Origin: Micrococcales bacterium 72-143
Lineage (GTDB): Bacteria > Actinomycetota > Actinomycetes > Actinomycetales > Microbacteriaceae
DNA: 64,000 nucleotides
Assembly: GCA_001898835.1 (NCBI GenBank)
Contig: MKVM01000001.1
Location: forward strand, 625,615 to 689,614
Direction: 5' to 3'
The notes under the pieces are model-generated. The model saw only the letters and a program-made list of their open reading frames with translations. It did not search any database and had not been told where the DNA came from. Position numbers and translations under genes: made by a program. Below, piece after piece: positions 52,966 through 62,617 of this stretch (positions within the stretch are counted from its first letter, which is position 1; every line of letters starts with the position of its first letter).

Positions 52966-54624
52966 TCAGTTGGCGGGCTTCAGCTTCGTGAGAATCTGAA
53001 CGATACCCGGCTGCGTCGGGTCGGCCGAGGCGTAGAGGTCACCCTCCGACGGCCATCCGACGTAGTTGCGGGTGTTGTACTCGCCGAGCAGCGGGTGCGA
53101 CCCGAGCGGGATGGCGGGCACGTTGTCGACGAACGCCTTCTGGATCACGGCGAGCGCGGCCTGGCGGCTCGCGTCGTCCGAGGCGTTGGCGTACTCGTTG
53201 AGAGCAGCGGTCACCGCCGGGTCGTCGAAGCGGCCGAAGTCGAACTGTGCCTTGTTGTCCACGATCCACTTCGGGTCCATGGTCGAGGTGTAGAGACCGT
53301 ACGCGTTGCCGGTGTCCTCGAGCCAGTGGATGATCGCCTGGAAGGTGCCCTCCTGGCGGGCGGCGTCCCAGCCACCCCAGTCCGGCTGGTCGATCTTGAC
53401 CTCGATGCCGAGGCCCTCCTTCAGCTCCTCGGCGATGAGGGCCTGCTCGGTGTTCCAGTCGCTCCAGCCCGCGGGGACGGAGATCGAGAAGCTGACGGCC
53501 TCGCCATCGGGGTCGATGAGCTTGTCGTCCTTCCAGGTGTAGCCCGCGTCGGTCAGGATCTGCTTCGCCTTGTCGACGTCGACCGAGTAGTTGGCGTCCT
53601 TGTACTCGGGCAGGATCTCGTCGTCGAGCAGCTCGCTGAGGCCGGTCACGCTCCAGATGGGCGTGCTGGCGCCCTCACGGGCGATGTCGACGTAGGCCGT
53701 GCGGTCGATCGTCCACGCGAGCGCCTGACGGAGGGCGACGTTGTTGAACGGCTTGGTCTGCAGGTTGAGGAAGACCGTTCCGGAGCCGAGCGTGGGCGCG
53801 GCGAGGAAGTGGTTGTCCTTGTCGGCGGCCAGGTAGCTGTCCTTGATCTGCGGGATGAACGCCTGGGCCCAGTCGGCCTCCCCCGAGGAGAGGGCGGTCG
53901 TGAGCGCCGCGTTGTCGCCGTAGGAGACGTAGTGCAACTCGGGCACGGCGAGCTCGCCGCCCCAGTAGTCCGGGTTGGCCTTCAGCGTGACCGACTCGGT
54001 CGTCCAGCTGTCGAGCACGTAGGGTCCGGTGCCGACGGCCTGGCCCTCACCCGTGAGCGGGTCGGTGTTCGGGTCGTCGATCTTCTCCCAGATGTGCTTG
54101 GGCACGATCGCGGTGTGGAGCACGCGCGACTGGGCGGTGTACTTCGAGCCGTCGAAGCTGATGACGACCGTGTCGCCGTCCGCCGTCACGTCGGTGACCT
54201 TGAGCGCAGCGCCGTCGGTGAGCTTGCCCGTCTTCAGCATGTCGAAGGTGAAGACGATGTCGTCGGCGGTGAAGTCCTCGCCGTCGCTCCACTTGACGCC
54301 GGAGCGGGGAACGACCGTGAGCTGCGTGTAGTCGTCGTTCCACTCGACCGACTCGGCCAGCCACGGCGTCGTGCCGAGGTCGCCGGTCGGGTTGACGAGC
54401 GCGAGCGGCTCGAAGATGACCTTCGCGTAGCCGTACTTCGAGGCGGACGAGTCGCCGAGGAAGGGGTTGTGGGACTCGGTGGTGATCGCCCCGTCGGGCT
54501 TGGCGATCGTGAGGGCGGCGCCCCCGGACGTTCCCGGATCGGTGCTCGTCGAGCACCCGGCGAGCGTCGCCGCGCCGAGGGTGAGGATCGCGCCGACGGC
54601 GATCAAGGACTTTCTGAGCTTCAT
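52966..54624 (-). CDS. ABC transporter substrate-binding lipoprotein (family 5, peptide/oligosaccharide)
   Basis: MKLRKSLIAVGAILTLGAATLAGC lipobox. 552 aa, family-5 SBP-like. Confidence 0.9.
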   Translation of the reverse strand: MKLRKSLIAVGAILTLGAATLAGCSTSTDPGTSGGAALTIAKPDGAITTESHNPFLGDSSASKYGYAKVIFEPLALVNPTGDLGTTPWLAESVEWNDDYTQLTVVPRSGVKWSDGEDFTADDIVFTFDMLKTGKLTDGAALKVTDVTADGDTVVISFDGSKYTAQSRVLHTAIVPKHIWEKIDDPNTDPLTGEGQAVGTGPYVLDSWTTESVTLKANPDYWGGELAVPELHYVSYGDNAALTTALSSGEADWAQAFIPQIKDSYLAADKDNHFLAAPTLGSGTVFLNLQTKPFNNVALRQALAWTIDRTAYVDIAREGASTPIWSVTGLSELLDDEILPEYKDANYSVDVDKAKQILTDAGYTWKDDKLIDPDGEAVSFSISVPAGWSDWNTEQALIAEELKEGLGIEVKIDQPDWGGWDAARQEGTFQAIIHWLEDTGNAYGLYTSTMDPKWIVDNKAQFDFGRFDDPAVTAALNEYANASDDASRQAALAVIQKAFVDNVPAIPLGSHPLLGEYNTRNYVGWPSEGDLYASADPTQPGIVQILTKLKPAN

Positions 54625-54695
54625 TGCTTCTCCTTGGGCAGGGTTGCTGCGTGTCCGACGGTGGTCCGGCGGAGCGACTGATTGCCTACTTTGCC

Positions 54696-54740
54696 ACTTA
54701 CTTACCCCTTAGTAAGTCAGCGGACACGGTAAGGTTACCG
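54696..54740. promoter_or_regulatory. Two palindromes in the SBP/TetR divergent intergenic region (operator candidates)
   Basis: ACTTACTTACCCCTTAGTAAGT (54696..54717; arms ACTTAC/GTAAGT) and CGGTAAGGTTACCG (54727..54740; perfect 6-bp arms). Confidence 0.45.
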
Positions 54741-54783
54741 ACGGGAAAGCCGGATCGCAACATCGCCAGCAGAGGGGGTCACC

Positions 54784-55437
54784 GTGGCGCAGACACACAC
54801 CGGTGCGACGCGCAGCCGCCCGGAGACGGCGCGCAAACGCACCGAGATCCTGCAGGCGGCCATCGAGACCTTCGGGGCCAAGGGATCCGCGAACGGCACG
54901 CTCGCCGACATCGCCGAACAGGTCGGGATGACCCACGCCGGCGTGCTCCACCACTTCGGCTCGAAGCAGAAGCTGCTGCTCGAGGTGCTCACCTACCGGG
55001 ACGAGTCCGACGTCCAGGAACTCGTCGACAAGCACATCCCCGGCGGACCCGAGCTGTTCCGTCACCTCGTCCGCACCGCGTACGCCAACGCCCTGCGTCC
55101 CGGAATCGTGCAGGTGTACGCCGTGCTGTCGTCCGAGTCGGTGACGGACGACCATCCGGCGCGCGAGTTCTTCCAGGAGCGCTTCCGCGTGCTCCGCGGC
55201 GACGTGCGCGACGCCTTCCTCGAGCTCTGCGCCCAGGAGGGCGTGACCGACCACGCCACGGTCGACATGGCGTGCGCCTCGATCCTCGGGGTCATGGACG
55301 GCCTCCAGCTGCAGTGGCTGCTCGACCCCACCGCGATCGACCTCGGCGAGGCGAGCGAGTTCGCGATCACGTCGATCGTCAACGGCGTGCTGCACCCGGG
55401 GCCGTCGCTCGAGAGCCGCGTCGAGGGGCGCGACTGA
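54784..55437 (+). CDS. TetR/AcrR family transcriptional regulator
   Basis: N-terminal HTH RKRTEILQAAIETFGAKGSANGTLADIAEQVGMTHAGVLHHFGSKQKLL. Confidence 0.9.
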   Translation: MAQTHTGATRSRPETARKRTEILQAAIETFGAKGSANGTLADIAEQVGMTHAGVLHHFGSKQKLLLEVLTYRDESDVQELVDKHIPGGPELFRHLVRTAYANALRPGIVQVYAVLSSESVTDDHPAREFFQERFRVLRGDVRDAFLELCAQEGVTDHATVDMACASILGVMDGLQLQWLLDPTAIDLGEASEFAITSIVNGVLHPGPSLESRVEGRD

Positions 55438-55451
55438 GCCCCTCCCGGCGA

Positions 55452-55808
55452 TCAGTCGGAGGTGAGCGCGTGGGCGGCGCGATCGCCGGAGACCCACGCG
55501 TAGACCTGGTGCTCCCGCTCCGCCTCGACGGGCAGCATCTCGGCGAGCCAGGCGTCGACGGCGGCGCGCATCGACTGGCCGACGTCGCGACGCAGCCACG
55601 TGACGCAGACTCGACCGGGTGCCGAGAACTCCCGGATGCCGGACGCGTCGGCCACCTCCAGGAAGATGCGGCCGCGGGCCTTGGCGGGCAGGGTCGCGGC
55701 GACCGTCTCCGCGATGGCGATGTCGGCATCCACGGCGCCGAGCAGCACCGAGTCACCCTCGCGGGGATTCCAGGCGATGGTGGCGGGGAGGACGTCGGAG
55801 AGAAGCAT
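55452..55808 (-). CDS. SIP (siderophore-interacting protein C-terminal) domain-only protein
   Basis: 118 aa. IFLEVADASGIREFSAPGRVCVTWLRRD...YAWVSGD resembles the NAD(P)-binding half of SIP/ViuB proteins. No FAD-binding half is present. The call is from memory. Confidence 0.5.
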   Translation of the reverse strand: MLLSDVLPATIAWNPREGDSVLLGAVDADIAIAETVAATLPAKARGRIFLEVADASGIREFSAPGRVCVTWLRRDVGQSMRAAVDAWLAEMLPVEAEREHQVYAWVSGDRAAHALTSD

Positions 55809-55858
55809 CGCTCTCAGTATAGGTCAGCCTTACCTAACGCGATGCTGCGAATCCGCCG

Positions 55859-57319
55859 TCAGGCGGCCCAGGCCGGCGGATGCCGCCGCTGCCACCCGAG
55901 CCGCCGCTCCAGCTGCGCGCCGAGCGCGAGCAGCGTGCGCTCCCCGCCCGGACGCCCGACGAGCTGCACGCCCATCGGGAGGCCGTCGTCCGTCATCGAC
56001 ACGGGGAGCGTGATCGCCGGCAGACCCGCGACGTTCGCGAAGCTCGTGAAGGGCGTGTAGCGCACCTGCTGCGCGAAGTTCTCCTCGCCGTCCTCCGGCT
56101 CGTACCACCCGACGGGGCGCGGAGTGAGCGCCAGCGCGGGCGTCACGACGGCGTCGAACGGCGCGAAGCGCGCGATCGTGCGGCGCTCGAAGCCCGCGAG
56201 CCACGCGAGCGCCTCCCCCAGGGTGCGCGCGTCGAGCGCGCGGCCGCGCTCCACGAGCCAGCGCGTGAGCGGCTCGACGAGGGCGAGCTGCTCCTCGCCG
56301 AGCGGGAGCGTCGCGGCGCCCCCCTGCCACACCGCGCGGAAGGCGGGCGCGTAGCCGGGCTCCTCCGGCATCCGCAGCTCCTCGAGGCCGTGACCGAGCG
56401 CGTCGAGCTCGGCGAGGGCGAGGTCGACCGCGGCACGCGCGGCGGGGTCGATCGAGAGCTCGTAGGCGGCGGACCATGGCGAGTCGTAGCTCACCGCGAG
56501 CTGGAAGCGCCCCTCGCCGCGGGTCGCCGCCGCGAGGAACGGACCGTCCCCGCCCTCGTCCGGCGGCAGCGTCGCCCAGGACGGCCGCGCCCCGGCGGGC
56601 GCCGCGAGCGCGTCGAGCAGCAGGCCCGCATCCGCGACGGTTCGTGCGAGCGGTCCTGCCTGGACGAGCCCGGCGAGACCCCCGAACCCCGAGGAGGCGG
56701 GCACCCGGCCGCGCGAGGGCTTGAGGCCGACGAGCCCGGTGGCCGCCGCGGGGATCCGGATCGACCCGCCGCCATCCGAGCCCGGGGCCACGGGAAGCAG
56801 TCCCGCCGCGACCGCCACGGCGGCGCCGCCGCTCGACCCGCCCGCGCCGAGCCGCGGGTCGTAGGGGTTGCGCGCCGGACGACCCGCGAGCGGCTCCGTA
56901 TAGCTCGGGAAGCCGAACTCGGGAGCCGCCGTCGACCCGAGACTCACCGAGCCCGCATCATCGACCACGGCGACCAGCTCGTCGCTCTCCTCCGGAACGT
57001 ATCCGGCGAAGGCCCGCGAGCCGAAGCCGCTCACGCGCCCGGCACGCGCGACGAGCGCCTTGTCGGCGAGCGGGAGGCCCCACAGCGCGAGCGCCCGCGG
57101 CAGCGCCGCGACGGCGTCGGCGCGGCCGAGGGCGGCATCCGCGTCCACCACGGCGAACGCGCCGAGCTCCGGGTCCAGCCGCTCGATCCGGGCGAGGTAG
57201 TGCGTCGCGAGCTCCCGCGGCGACACCTCCCCCCTGCGGAGCCAGTCCAGCTGCTCGACGGCGGTCAGATGGTGGAGTTCGAACACCCCTCGAGCGTAGG
57301 CGGCGGGCAGGGTTGACAT
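55859..57319 (-). CDS. Amidase (amidase-signature family)
   Basis: GGSSGGAAVAVAAG signature and catalytic-Lys context LADKALV. 486 aa. Confidence 0.9.
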   Translation of the reverse strand: MSTLPAAYARGVFELHHLTAVEQLDWLRRGEVSPRELATHYLARIERLDPELGAFAVVDADAALGRADAVAALPRALALWGLPLADKALVARAGRVSGFGSRAFAGYVPEESDELVAVVDDAGSVSLGSTAAPEFGFPSYTEPLAGRPARNPYDPRLGAGGSSGGAAVAVAAGLLPVAPGSDGGGSIRIPAAATGLVGLKPSRGRVPASSGFGGLAGLVQAGPLARTVADAGLLLDALAAPAGARPSWATLPPDEGGDGPFLAAATRGEGRFQLAVSYDSPWSAAYELSIDPAARAAVDLALAELDALGHGLEELRMPEEPGYAPAFRAVWQGGAATLPLGEEQLALVEPLTRWLVERGRALDARTLGEALAWLAGFERRTIARFAPFDAVVTPALALTPRPVGWYEPEDGEENFAQQVRYTPFTSFANVAGLPAITLPVSMTDDGLPMGVQLVGRPGGERTLLALGAQLERRLGWQRRHPPAWAA

Positions 57320-57354
57320 CCGGGTCGCAAGATGGTTGGTTAGTTACTCAAGTA

Positions 57355-57735
57355 ATGAACCCACTACCCCGGGAGCCCACCGTGGACGACAGCCGCCCGA
57401 TCTTCCTCCAGATCGCCGAGCAGCTCGAGGACGACATCGTCGCGGGTCGCCTCCCGGAGGAGACCCAGGTCCCCTCCACCAACGAGCTGGCCGCATACCT
57501 GCGCATCAACCCGGCGACAGCCGGCAAGGGCGTCAACCTGCTCGTCGACCAGGGGATCCTCTACAAGAAGAGAGGCATCGGCATGTTCGTCGCCGACGGC
57601 GCCCGCGCGCGCCTCGTGGCCCAGCGCCGCGACCGATTCCGGGAGCAGTACCTCGCTCCCCTGCTGACCGAGGCGGAACGGCTCGGGATCACCCCCGCCC
57701 AGCTCGCCGCGATGATCGAGGAGGCGGGACGATGA
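57355..57735 (+). CDS. GntR-family (YtrA-like) transcriptional regulator
   Basis: Internal ATG (the track ORF starts at TTG 57313). PIFLQIAEQLEDDIVAGRLPEETQVPSTNELAAYLRINPATAGKGV is a winged HTH. A short effector part is followed by ABC genes. Confidence 0.85.
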   Translation: MNPLPREPTVDDSRPIFLQIAEQLEDDIVAGRLPEETQVPSTNELAAYLRINPATAGKGVNLLVDQGILYKKRGIGMFVADGARARLVAQRRDRFREQYLAPLLTEAERLGITPAQLAAMIEEAGR

Positions 57736-58640
57736 GCACCGTCATCCGCGTCGACGGGCTGAGCAAGACCTACGGCGCCGGGTCGGGTGCCGTGCACGCC
57801 GTCTCCGAGGCCACATTCGAGCTCGCGGAGAACCGCATCTACGGCCTCCTCGGCCGCAACGGCGCCGGCAAGACGACGCTCATGCAGCTGCTCACCGGCC
57901 AGGAGTTCGCCACCCGCGGCACGATCTCCGTCTTCGGCGAGCAGCCGGTCGAGAACGCGCGCGTCCTCGAGCGCGTGTGCTTCATCAAGGAGAGCCAGCG
58001 CTACCCCGACGACTTCCGCGTGAAGCACGTGCTGAAGAGCGCCCCGTGGTTCTTCGCGAACTGGGACGCCGCGTTCGCGGACGAGCTCGTGGAGCGCTTC
58101 CGAGTGCCGGCGAACCGCCGGATGAAGAAGCTGTCCCGCGGGCAGCTCTCCGCGGTCGGCGTCATCGTGGGGCTCGCGAGCCGGGCGCCCCTGACCTTCT
58201 TCGACGAGCCCTACCTGGGCCTCGACGCCGTCGCCCGCCAGCTCTTCTACGACGTTCTCCTCGCCGACTACGCGGAGCACCCGCGCACCGTCGTGCTCTC
58301 GACGCACCTCATCGACGAGGTGTCGAACCTCCTCGAGCACGTTCTCGTGATCGACGACGGGCGCATCATCATCGACGCGGATGCCGACGAGCTCCGCGGC
58401 TCTGCGGTCGACGTCGTGGGCGCCCGCTCCGCGGTCGAGGCGTTCACCGCCGGACGCGAGGTGCTGCACCGCGCGAGCCTCGGCGGCCTCGCCACCGCGA
58501 CCGTCGCCGGCCTCGACGACGCAGGCCGCGCCGCCGCGCGCGAGGCGGGCCTCGAGCTGGCGCCGGTCTCGCTGCAGCAGCTCGTCATCCGCACCACGAC
58601 CCTCGGCGACGCCGAGCCCGAGAACGGAGAACCCGCATGA
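57732..58640 (+). CDS. ABC transporter ATP-binding protein
   Basis: ATG overlaps the GntR stop (ATGA). Walker A GRNGAGKTT, signature LSRGQLS, Walker B LTFFDEP. Confidence 0.9.
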   Translation: MSTVIRVDGLSKTYGAGSGAVHAVSEATFELAENRIYGLLGRNGAGKTTLMQLLTGQEFATRGTISVFGEQPVENARVLERVCFIKESQRYPDDFRVKHVLKSAPWFFANWDAAFADELVERFRVPANRRMKKLSRGQLSAVGVIVGLASRAPLTFFDEPYLGLDAVARQLFYDVLLADYAEHPRTVVLSTHLIDEVSNLLEHVLVIDDGRIIIDADADELRGSAVDVVGARSAVEAFTAGREVLHRASLGGLATATVAGLDDAGRAAAREAGLELAPVSLQQLVIRTTTLGDAEPENGEPA

Positions 58641-59401
58641 CCGCCGTCACCGCATCCACCCCGAGCTCGCCGTTCGGGCGGGCCTGGCGCACCGTCCGGC
58701 TGCTGACGACCAACCCGTGGACGGTCATCGGCTGGCCGCTCGTGATCCTCGGCGCCATCTTCGTGATGACGTGGACCATCTGGTGGCTCATCTTCGCCTC
58801 CGTCGACCCGGCCGACCTGACCGAGACGGCGGACGGCATCCGCTTCAACGGCGCGGTGAGCTACATCTTCGTGTACATGCTCGTGATCTCGGTGCAGGCG
58901 GTGAACCTCGCGTTCCCGCTCGCGCTCGGCTTCGGCTCGACGCGACGGGCCTTCTCACTCGGCTCCGGTCTCGCCTTCGTGCTGCTCTCCGCCGCCTACG
59001 CGGTCGTGCTCACGATCGGCGCCTGGCTCGAGGAGCTCACCGACGGCTGGGGGCTGCACGGCGCGTTCTTCCGCACCTTCTACCTCGCGACCGACGCGGG
59101 CTGGCTCGCGCAGTGGTGGATCTACTTCTGCTGGTTCGTGTTCTTCTTCTTCACCGGCACGATCTTCGCCGCGATGTACGTGCGGTGGAAGGCGCTCGGC
59201 CTGACGGCGGCGTTCGTCGCGCTCGGCGTGCTCGTCGTCGCGACGATCGCGGTTCTCACGCTGACCGCGACCTGGCACCTGTTCTGGGAGGCGCTGGCCG
59301 AGCTGGGCACGATCGGCATCGCGAGTGCCGCCCTCGTGCCCGCCGTGCTCGCTGCGGTGGTCGGCTACCTCGTGCTGCGGCGCGCCACCCCCCGCGGCTG
59401 A
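58637..59401 (+). CDS. Hypothetical membrane protein (permease partner of the GntR-ABC module)
   Basis: ATG overlaps the upstream stop (ATGA). Six predicted hydrophobic helices. 254 aa. Confidence 0.7.
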   Translation: MTAVTASTPSSPFGRAWRTVRLLTTNPWTVIGWPLVILGAIFVMTWTIWWLIFASVDPADLTETADGIRFNGAVSYIFVYMLVISVQAVNLAFPLALGFGSTRRAFSLGSGLAFVLLSAAYAVVLTIGAWLEELTDGWGLHGAFFRTFYLATDAGWLAQWWIYFCWFVFFFFTGTIFAAMYVRWKALGLTAAFVALGVLVVATIAVLTLTATWHLFWEALAELGTIGIASAALVPAVLAAVVGYLVLRRATPRG

Positions 59402-59411
59402 GCCCGGATGC

Positions 59412-59442
59412 CGCCGGCCGTCCCGAGGAGGGGCGGCCGGCG
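59412..59442. terminator. GC-rich hairpin between convergent genes
   Basis: CGCCGGCCG (59412..59420), a 13-nt loop, then CGGCCGGCG (59434..59442). Followed by tccgtcattt on the plus strand. Confidence 0.5.
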
Positions 59443-59446
59443 TCCG

Positions 59447-60025
59447 TCATTTCAGGCTCTTCTGCATGAGCACGGTGCCGAGCCAGCGGCCGAACTTGAA
59501 GCCCACCTTGCCCATGCGACCGACCTCCTTGAAGCCGAAGGCCTGGTGCATCGCGATCGAGGCATCCGCACCCCTGTCGGCGATGACCGCGATGACCTCC
59601 TTGATGCCCGCGGCCTTCGCCCGGGTCAGGAACTCGGCCATGAGGGCCGTGCCGAGCCCCTTGCCGGTGGATGCGGCGCGCAGGTAGATCGAGTTCTCGA
59701 CGGTGTAGCGGTAGGCCGCCTTCTGCTTCCACGGGGAGGCGTTGGCGTAGCCGAGCACCTGCCCGCTCGGCGAGACCGCGACGAGCCACGGGTAGCCCAG
59801 CTTCTCGTTGTGGCGGAACTTCGCCCGCAGCTCCCTGAGGGTCTGCGGCTCCTCGTCGAAGGTCACCGTCGAGTTCGCGACGTAGTGGTTGTAGATCTCG
59901 CGGATGTCGGGCAGATCGCCCTCCTCGGCGTCGCGGATGCTGAACGCGAACTCCGGCTCGGGCGCGGGCTTCTTCTGGAGGTGCGGCGGGAGCACACGGC
60001 GCGGGTTGTATTCCTCTTCGAGCAT
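59447..60025 (-). CDS. GNAT family N-acetyltransferase (phosphinothricin acetyltransferase-like)
   Basis: C-terminal 192 aa of track ORF 59447..60946. IREIYNHYVANSTVTFDEEP, RAASTGKGLGTALM (acetyl-CoA site) and HQAFGFKEVG. Confidence 0.88.
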   Translation of the reverse strand: MLEEEYNPRRVLPPHLQKKPAPEPEFAFSIRDAEEGDLPDIREIYNHYVANSTVTFDEEPQTLRELRAKFRHNEKLGYPWLVAVSPSGQVLGYANASPWKQKAAYRYTVENSIYLRAASTGKGLGTALMAEFLTRAKAAGIKEVIAVIADRGADASIAMHQAFGFKEVGRMGKVGFKFGRWLGTVLMQKSLK

Positions 60026-60042
60026 CCCGCCCCCTCCGAGCG

Positions 60043-60846
60043 TCAGGTCACGTCGCGGCGCCAGGTGGTGAGCCCGCCGATCACGAGGAACAGCGCGGCG
60101 TACCCGCCGAGCACGAGTCCACCTTGCCACCATTCGAGGGAGTCGGCGGTCGCGGCGCCGCTGAACGCCGTGAAGATGCTCGATCCGACGAGGGCGTCGC
60201 TCGCGGCGCCGGGAAGGTAGCCGCCGATGCGCGCCGACCACTCCCAGAACGATGAGGCGAGTCGCAGGAGCGGCTCCACGAACTGGGTGAAGGCGAGCAC
60301 GATGACGATCACCGCCACCTGGTTGGACACGAGCACGCCGAAGGCGACGCCGATCATCGCCCAGAGCATCATCGCGAGCACGATGCGCCCGAGCAGCGCC
60401 CAGACGTCGGAGTCGCCGAGCAGCGTCTCCTGCCCGGTCGCGGCGAGCACCAGGGCGCCCAGACCCACCGCGGCGAGCAGGCCGACCACGGCGTAGACCA
60501 CACCCCACACCGCGCCCGCGATGACCTTGCCGCCGAGCACGGCCGAGCGTCTCGGGGTGGCGAGGAAGGTCGGGGTGAGTGTCTGGTGGCGGAACTCGGT
60601 CGTGGTCGCGAGCGCGCCGAACAGGAGCGGGAACACGTAGCCGACGGCCGTCGCGACGCTGTAGACCAGCGGCGGCACCATCTCGGCGGTGATGAGCTGC
60701 CCCTCGGGCTGCTGGCGGATCGTCGTGAAGAGGGCGGCCATCCCCGCCGCCGTCAGCCCCACGTAGCCGAACAGGATCGCCGCCAGGATCCACCAGATGC
60801 GGGTGGTCGAGATCTTGAGCAGCTCGGAGCGCAGTGAACGCAACAT
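60043..60846 (-). CDS. ABC-2 type transporter permease
   Basis: Internal ATG 60846. MLRSLRSELLKISTTRIWWILAAILFGYVG..., six TM helices. Confidence 0.8.
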   Translation of the reverse strand: MLRSLRSELLKISTTRIWWILAAILFGYVGLTAAGMAALFTTIRQQPEGQLITAEMVPPLVYSVATAVGYVFPLLFGALATTTEFRHQTLTPTFLATPRRSAVLGGKVIAGAVWGVVYAVVGLLAAVGLGALVLAATGQETLLGDSDVWALLGRIVLAMMLWAMIGVAFGVLVSNQVAVIVIVLAFTQFVEPLLRLASSFWEWSARIGGYLPGAASDALVGSSIFTAFSGAATADSLEWWQGGLVLGGYAALFLVIGGLTTWRRDVT

Positions 60847-61745
60847 CAGCGGATCTCCCCCTCGCCCACGATCCCGAGGAAGACATCCTCGAGGCCCTCC
60901 CGTTCCGGAACGAGCAGCCGCAACGGGACCCCCGCCGCGAGCGCATGCCGTCCGATCGCGTCGGCGTCGAGCCCGCTCACCCGGAGGCCGTCGCCCGCCA
61001 CCTCGACCTGGCCGCCCGCGGCCGTAAGGGAGCGACCGAGCGCCTCCCGGTCGGCCGCGTCGACGTGGACGCGGGCGATCGCCCCACCCTCGAGCCCGTC
61101 GAGCGTGCCCTCGTAGGCGAGCCGTCCGCGGGAGATGATGACCACCCTGTCGACCGTCTGCTGCACCTCGCTCAGCAGGTGGGACGAGACGAGCACCGTG
61201 CGCCCCTCGGCGGCGAGATCGCGCAGGAAGCCGCGGATCCAACGGATGCCCTCGGGGTCGAGGCCGTTGATGGGCTCGTCGAGCACGAGCGCGCCGGGAT
61301 CGCCGAGCAGCGCGAACGCGAGGCCGAGGCGCTGACGCATGCCGAGCGAGTACCCGCCCACACGGCGGCCGCCCGCATCCGCGAGCCCCACCCACGCGAG
61401 CACCTCGTCCACGCGGGCGGTGGGTATGCCGGCCGCGGCGCCGACCACGCGGAGGTGGTCGCGGCCGCTGCGGCCGGGGTGGAAGCTCGCCGCCTCGAGG
61501 GCGGTGCCGACCGTGCGCAGCGGATTCGGAAGCTCGGCATAGCTCGTGCCGTCGAAGGTCGCCCGGCCGCTCGTGGGCCGCACGAGGCCGACGAGCGAGC
61601 GCAGCGTCGTGGTCTTGCCCGCGCCGTTGGGGCCGAGGAAGCCCGTCACGACGCCGGGCTCGACCCGGAAGCTCAGGTCGTCGACGGCCGTCGTGCCGCC
61701 GAAGCGCTTGGTCAGGGATTGGATCTCGATGACGGCTCCGGTCAT
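60846..61745 (-). CDS. ABC transporter ATP-binding protein (ABC-2 exporter)
   Basis: Internal ATG 61745. Walker A GPNGAGKTT, signature YSLGMRQR, Walker B LVLDEP. Confidence 0.9.
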   Translation of the reverse strand: MTGAVIEIQSLTKRFGGTTAVDDLSFRVEPGVVTGFLGPNGAGKTTTLRSLVGLVRPTSGRATFDGTSYAELPNPLRTVGTALEAASFHPGRSGRDHLRVVGAAAGIPTARVDEVLAWVGLADAGGRRVGGYSLGMRQRLGLAFALLGDPGALVLDEPINGLDPEGIRWIRGFLRDLAAEGRTVLVSSHLLSEVQQTVDRVVIISRGRLAYEGTLDGLEGGAIARVHVDAADREALGRSLTAAGGQVEVAGDGLRVSGLDADAIGRHALAAGVPLRLLVPEREGLEDVFLGIVGEGEIR

Positions 61746-61817
61746 GTCTCCACGGTATGCGCGGCTCGCCGCCGTCCGCCTCCCCCATTCGGCGGAACTC
61801 GTCCCCGCACCACCCCG

Positions 61818-61895
61818 GAAATGCAGGAGATCCGCCCGGCCGACCCCCGGGCGGCGCGCTGAGTGGGCTCCGTCAGGAGTTTTCTCCTGCATTTC
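61818..61895 (-). promoter_or_regulatory. Nested inverted repeats with mutually exclusive pairing in the ung/ABC intergenic region
   Basis: GAAATGCAGGAGA (61818..61830) pairs with TCTCCTGCATTTC (61883..61895). An inner hairpin CCGCCCGG/CCGGGCGG lies at 61832..61854. A local hairpin CAGGAG-tttt-CTCCTG (61874..61889) competes for the right arm. Confidence 0.45.
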
Positions 61896-61912
61896 TCGGA
61901 GTGAGTGAGGTG

Positions 61913-62617
61913 TCAGACGGGTGCGGCGTCGTCGAGGGCGCGCAGGTCCCAGTTCACCGGCTGCGCGCCCGTCTGCTCCAGCAGGGCGTTGGCGCGGCTG
62001 AACGGCTTCGAGCCGAAGAAGCCGTTGTGCGCGGAGAGCGGGCTCGGATGCGCCGACGCGACGATGGGCGTAGCGCCGAGCAGGGGCCGCAGCGTGCCCG
62101 CATCCCTCCCCCACAGGATCGCGACGAGCGGGGCGTCGCGCGCGACGAGGGCGCGGATGGCGTGCTCGGTCACGGCCTCCCACCCCATCCCGCGGTGCGA
62201 GCCGGATGCGCCCGAGCGCACCGTGAGCACCCTGTTGAGCAGCATGACGCCCTGCCCGCTCCACCCGGAGAGGTCACCATGCTCGGGCGGGGTCACCCCG
62301 AGGTCGGCGTGGAGCTCCTTGTAGATGTTCTGCAGGCTCTTCGGCAGCGGCCGCACGTGGCGCTCGACCGCGAAGGACAGGCCGATCGGATGCCCGGGGG
62401 TCGGATACGGGTCCTGCCCGACGATGAGCACGCGCACCTCATCGAAGGGCTGGGTGAAGGCGCGCAGCACGTTCGGACCGGCCGGCAGGTAGGGGCGACC
62501 CGCCGCCACATCCGCGCGGAGCAGCTCGCCCATCCGCGCCACCTGCGGCGCGACGGGCTCGAGCGCCGCGGCCCAGCCGGGGTCGACGAGCTCGGAGAGC
62601 GGCCGCGGCGCGCTCAT
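61913..62617 (-). CDS. ung: Uracil-DNA glycosylase (family 1)
   Basis: Internal ATG 62617 (ATGA overlap). [17 protein letters not shown] and HPSPLSA motifs. Confidence 0.93.
   Translation of the reverse strand: MSAPRPLSELVDPGWAAALEPVAPQVARMGELLRADVAAGRPYLPAGPNVLRAFTQPFDEVRVLIVGQDPYPTPGHPIGLSFAVERHVRPLPKSLQNIYKELHADLGVTPPEHGDLSGWSGQGVMLLNRVLTVRSGASGSHRGMGWEAVTEHAIRALVARDAPLVAILWGRDAGTLRPLLGATPIVASAHPSPLSAHNGFFGSKPFSRANALLEQTGAQPVNWDLRALDDAAPV

Noticed and set aside
57344-57355. TTACT-CA-AGTAA mini-palindrome at the GntR start codon as an autoregulatory operator
   Set aside because: The arms are only 5 bp and it overlaps the start codon. It cannot be told apart from chance without comparative data.
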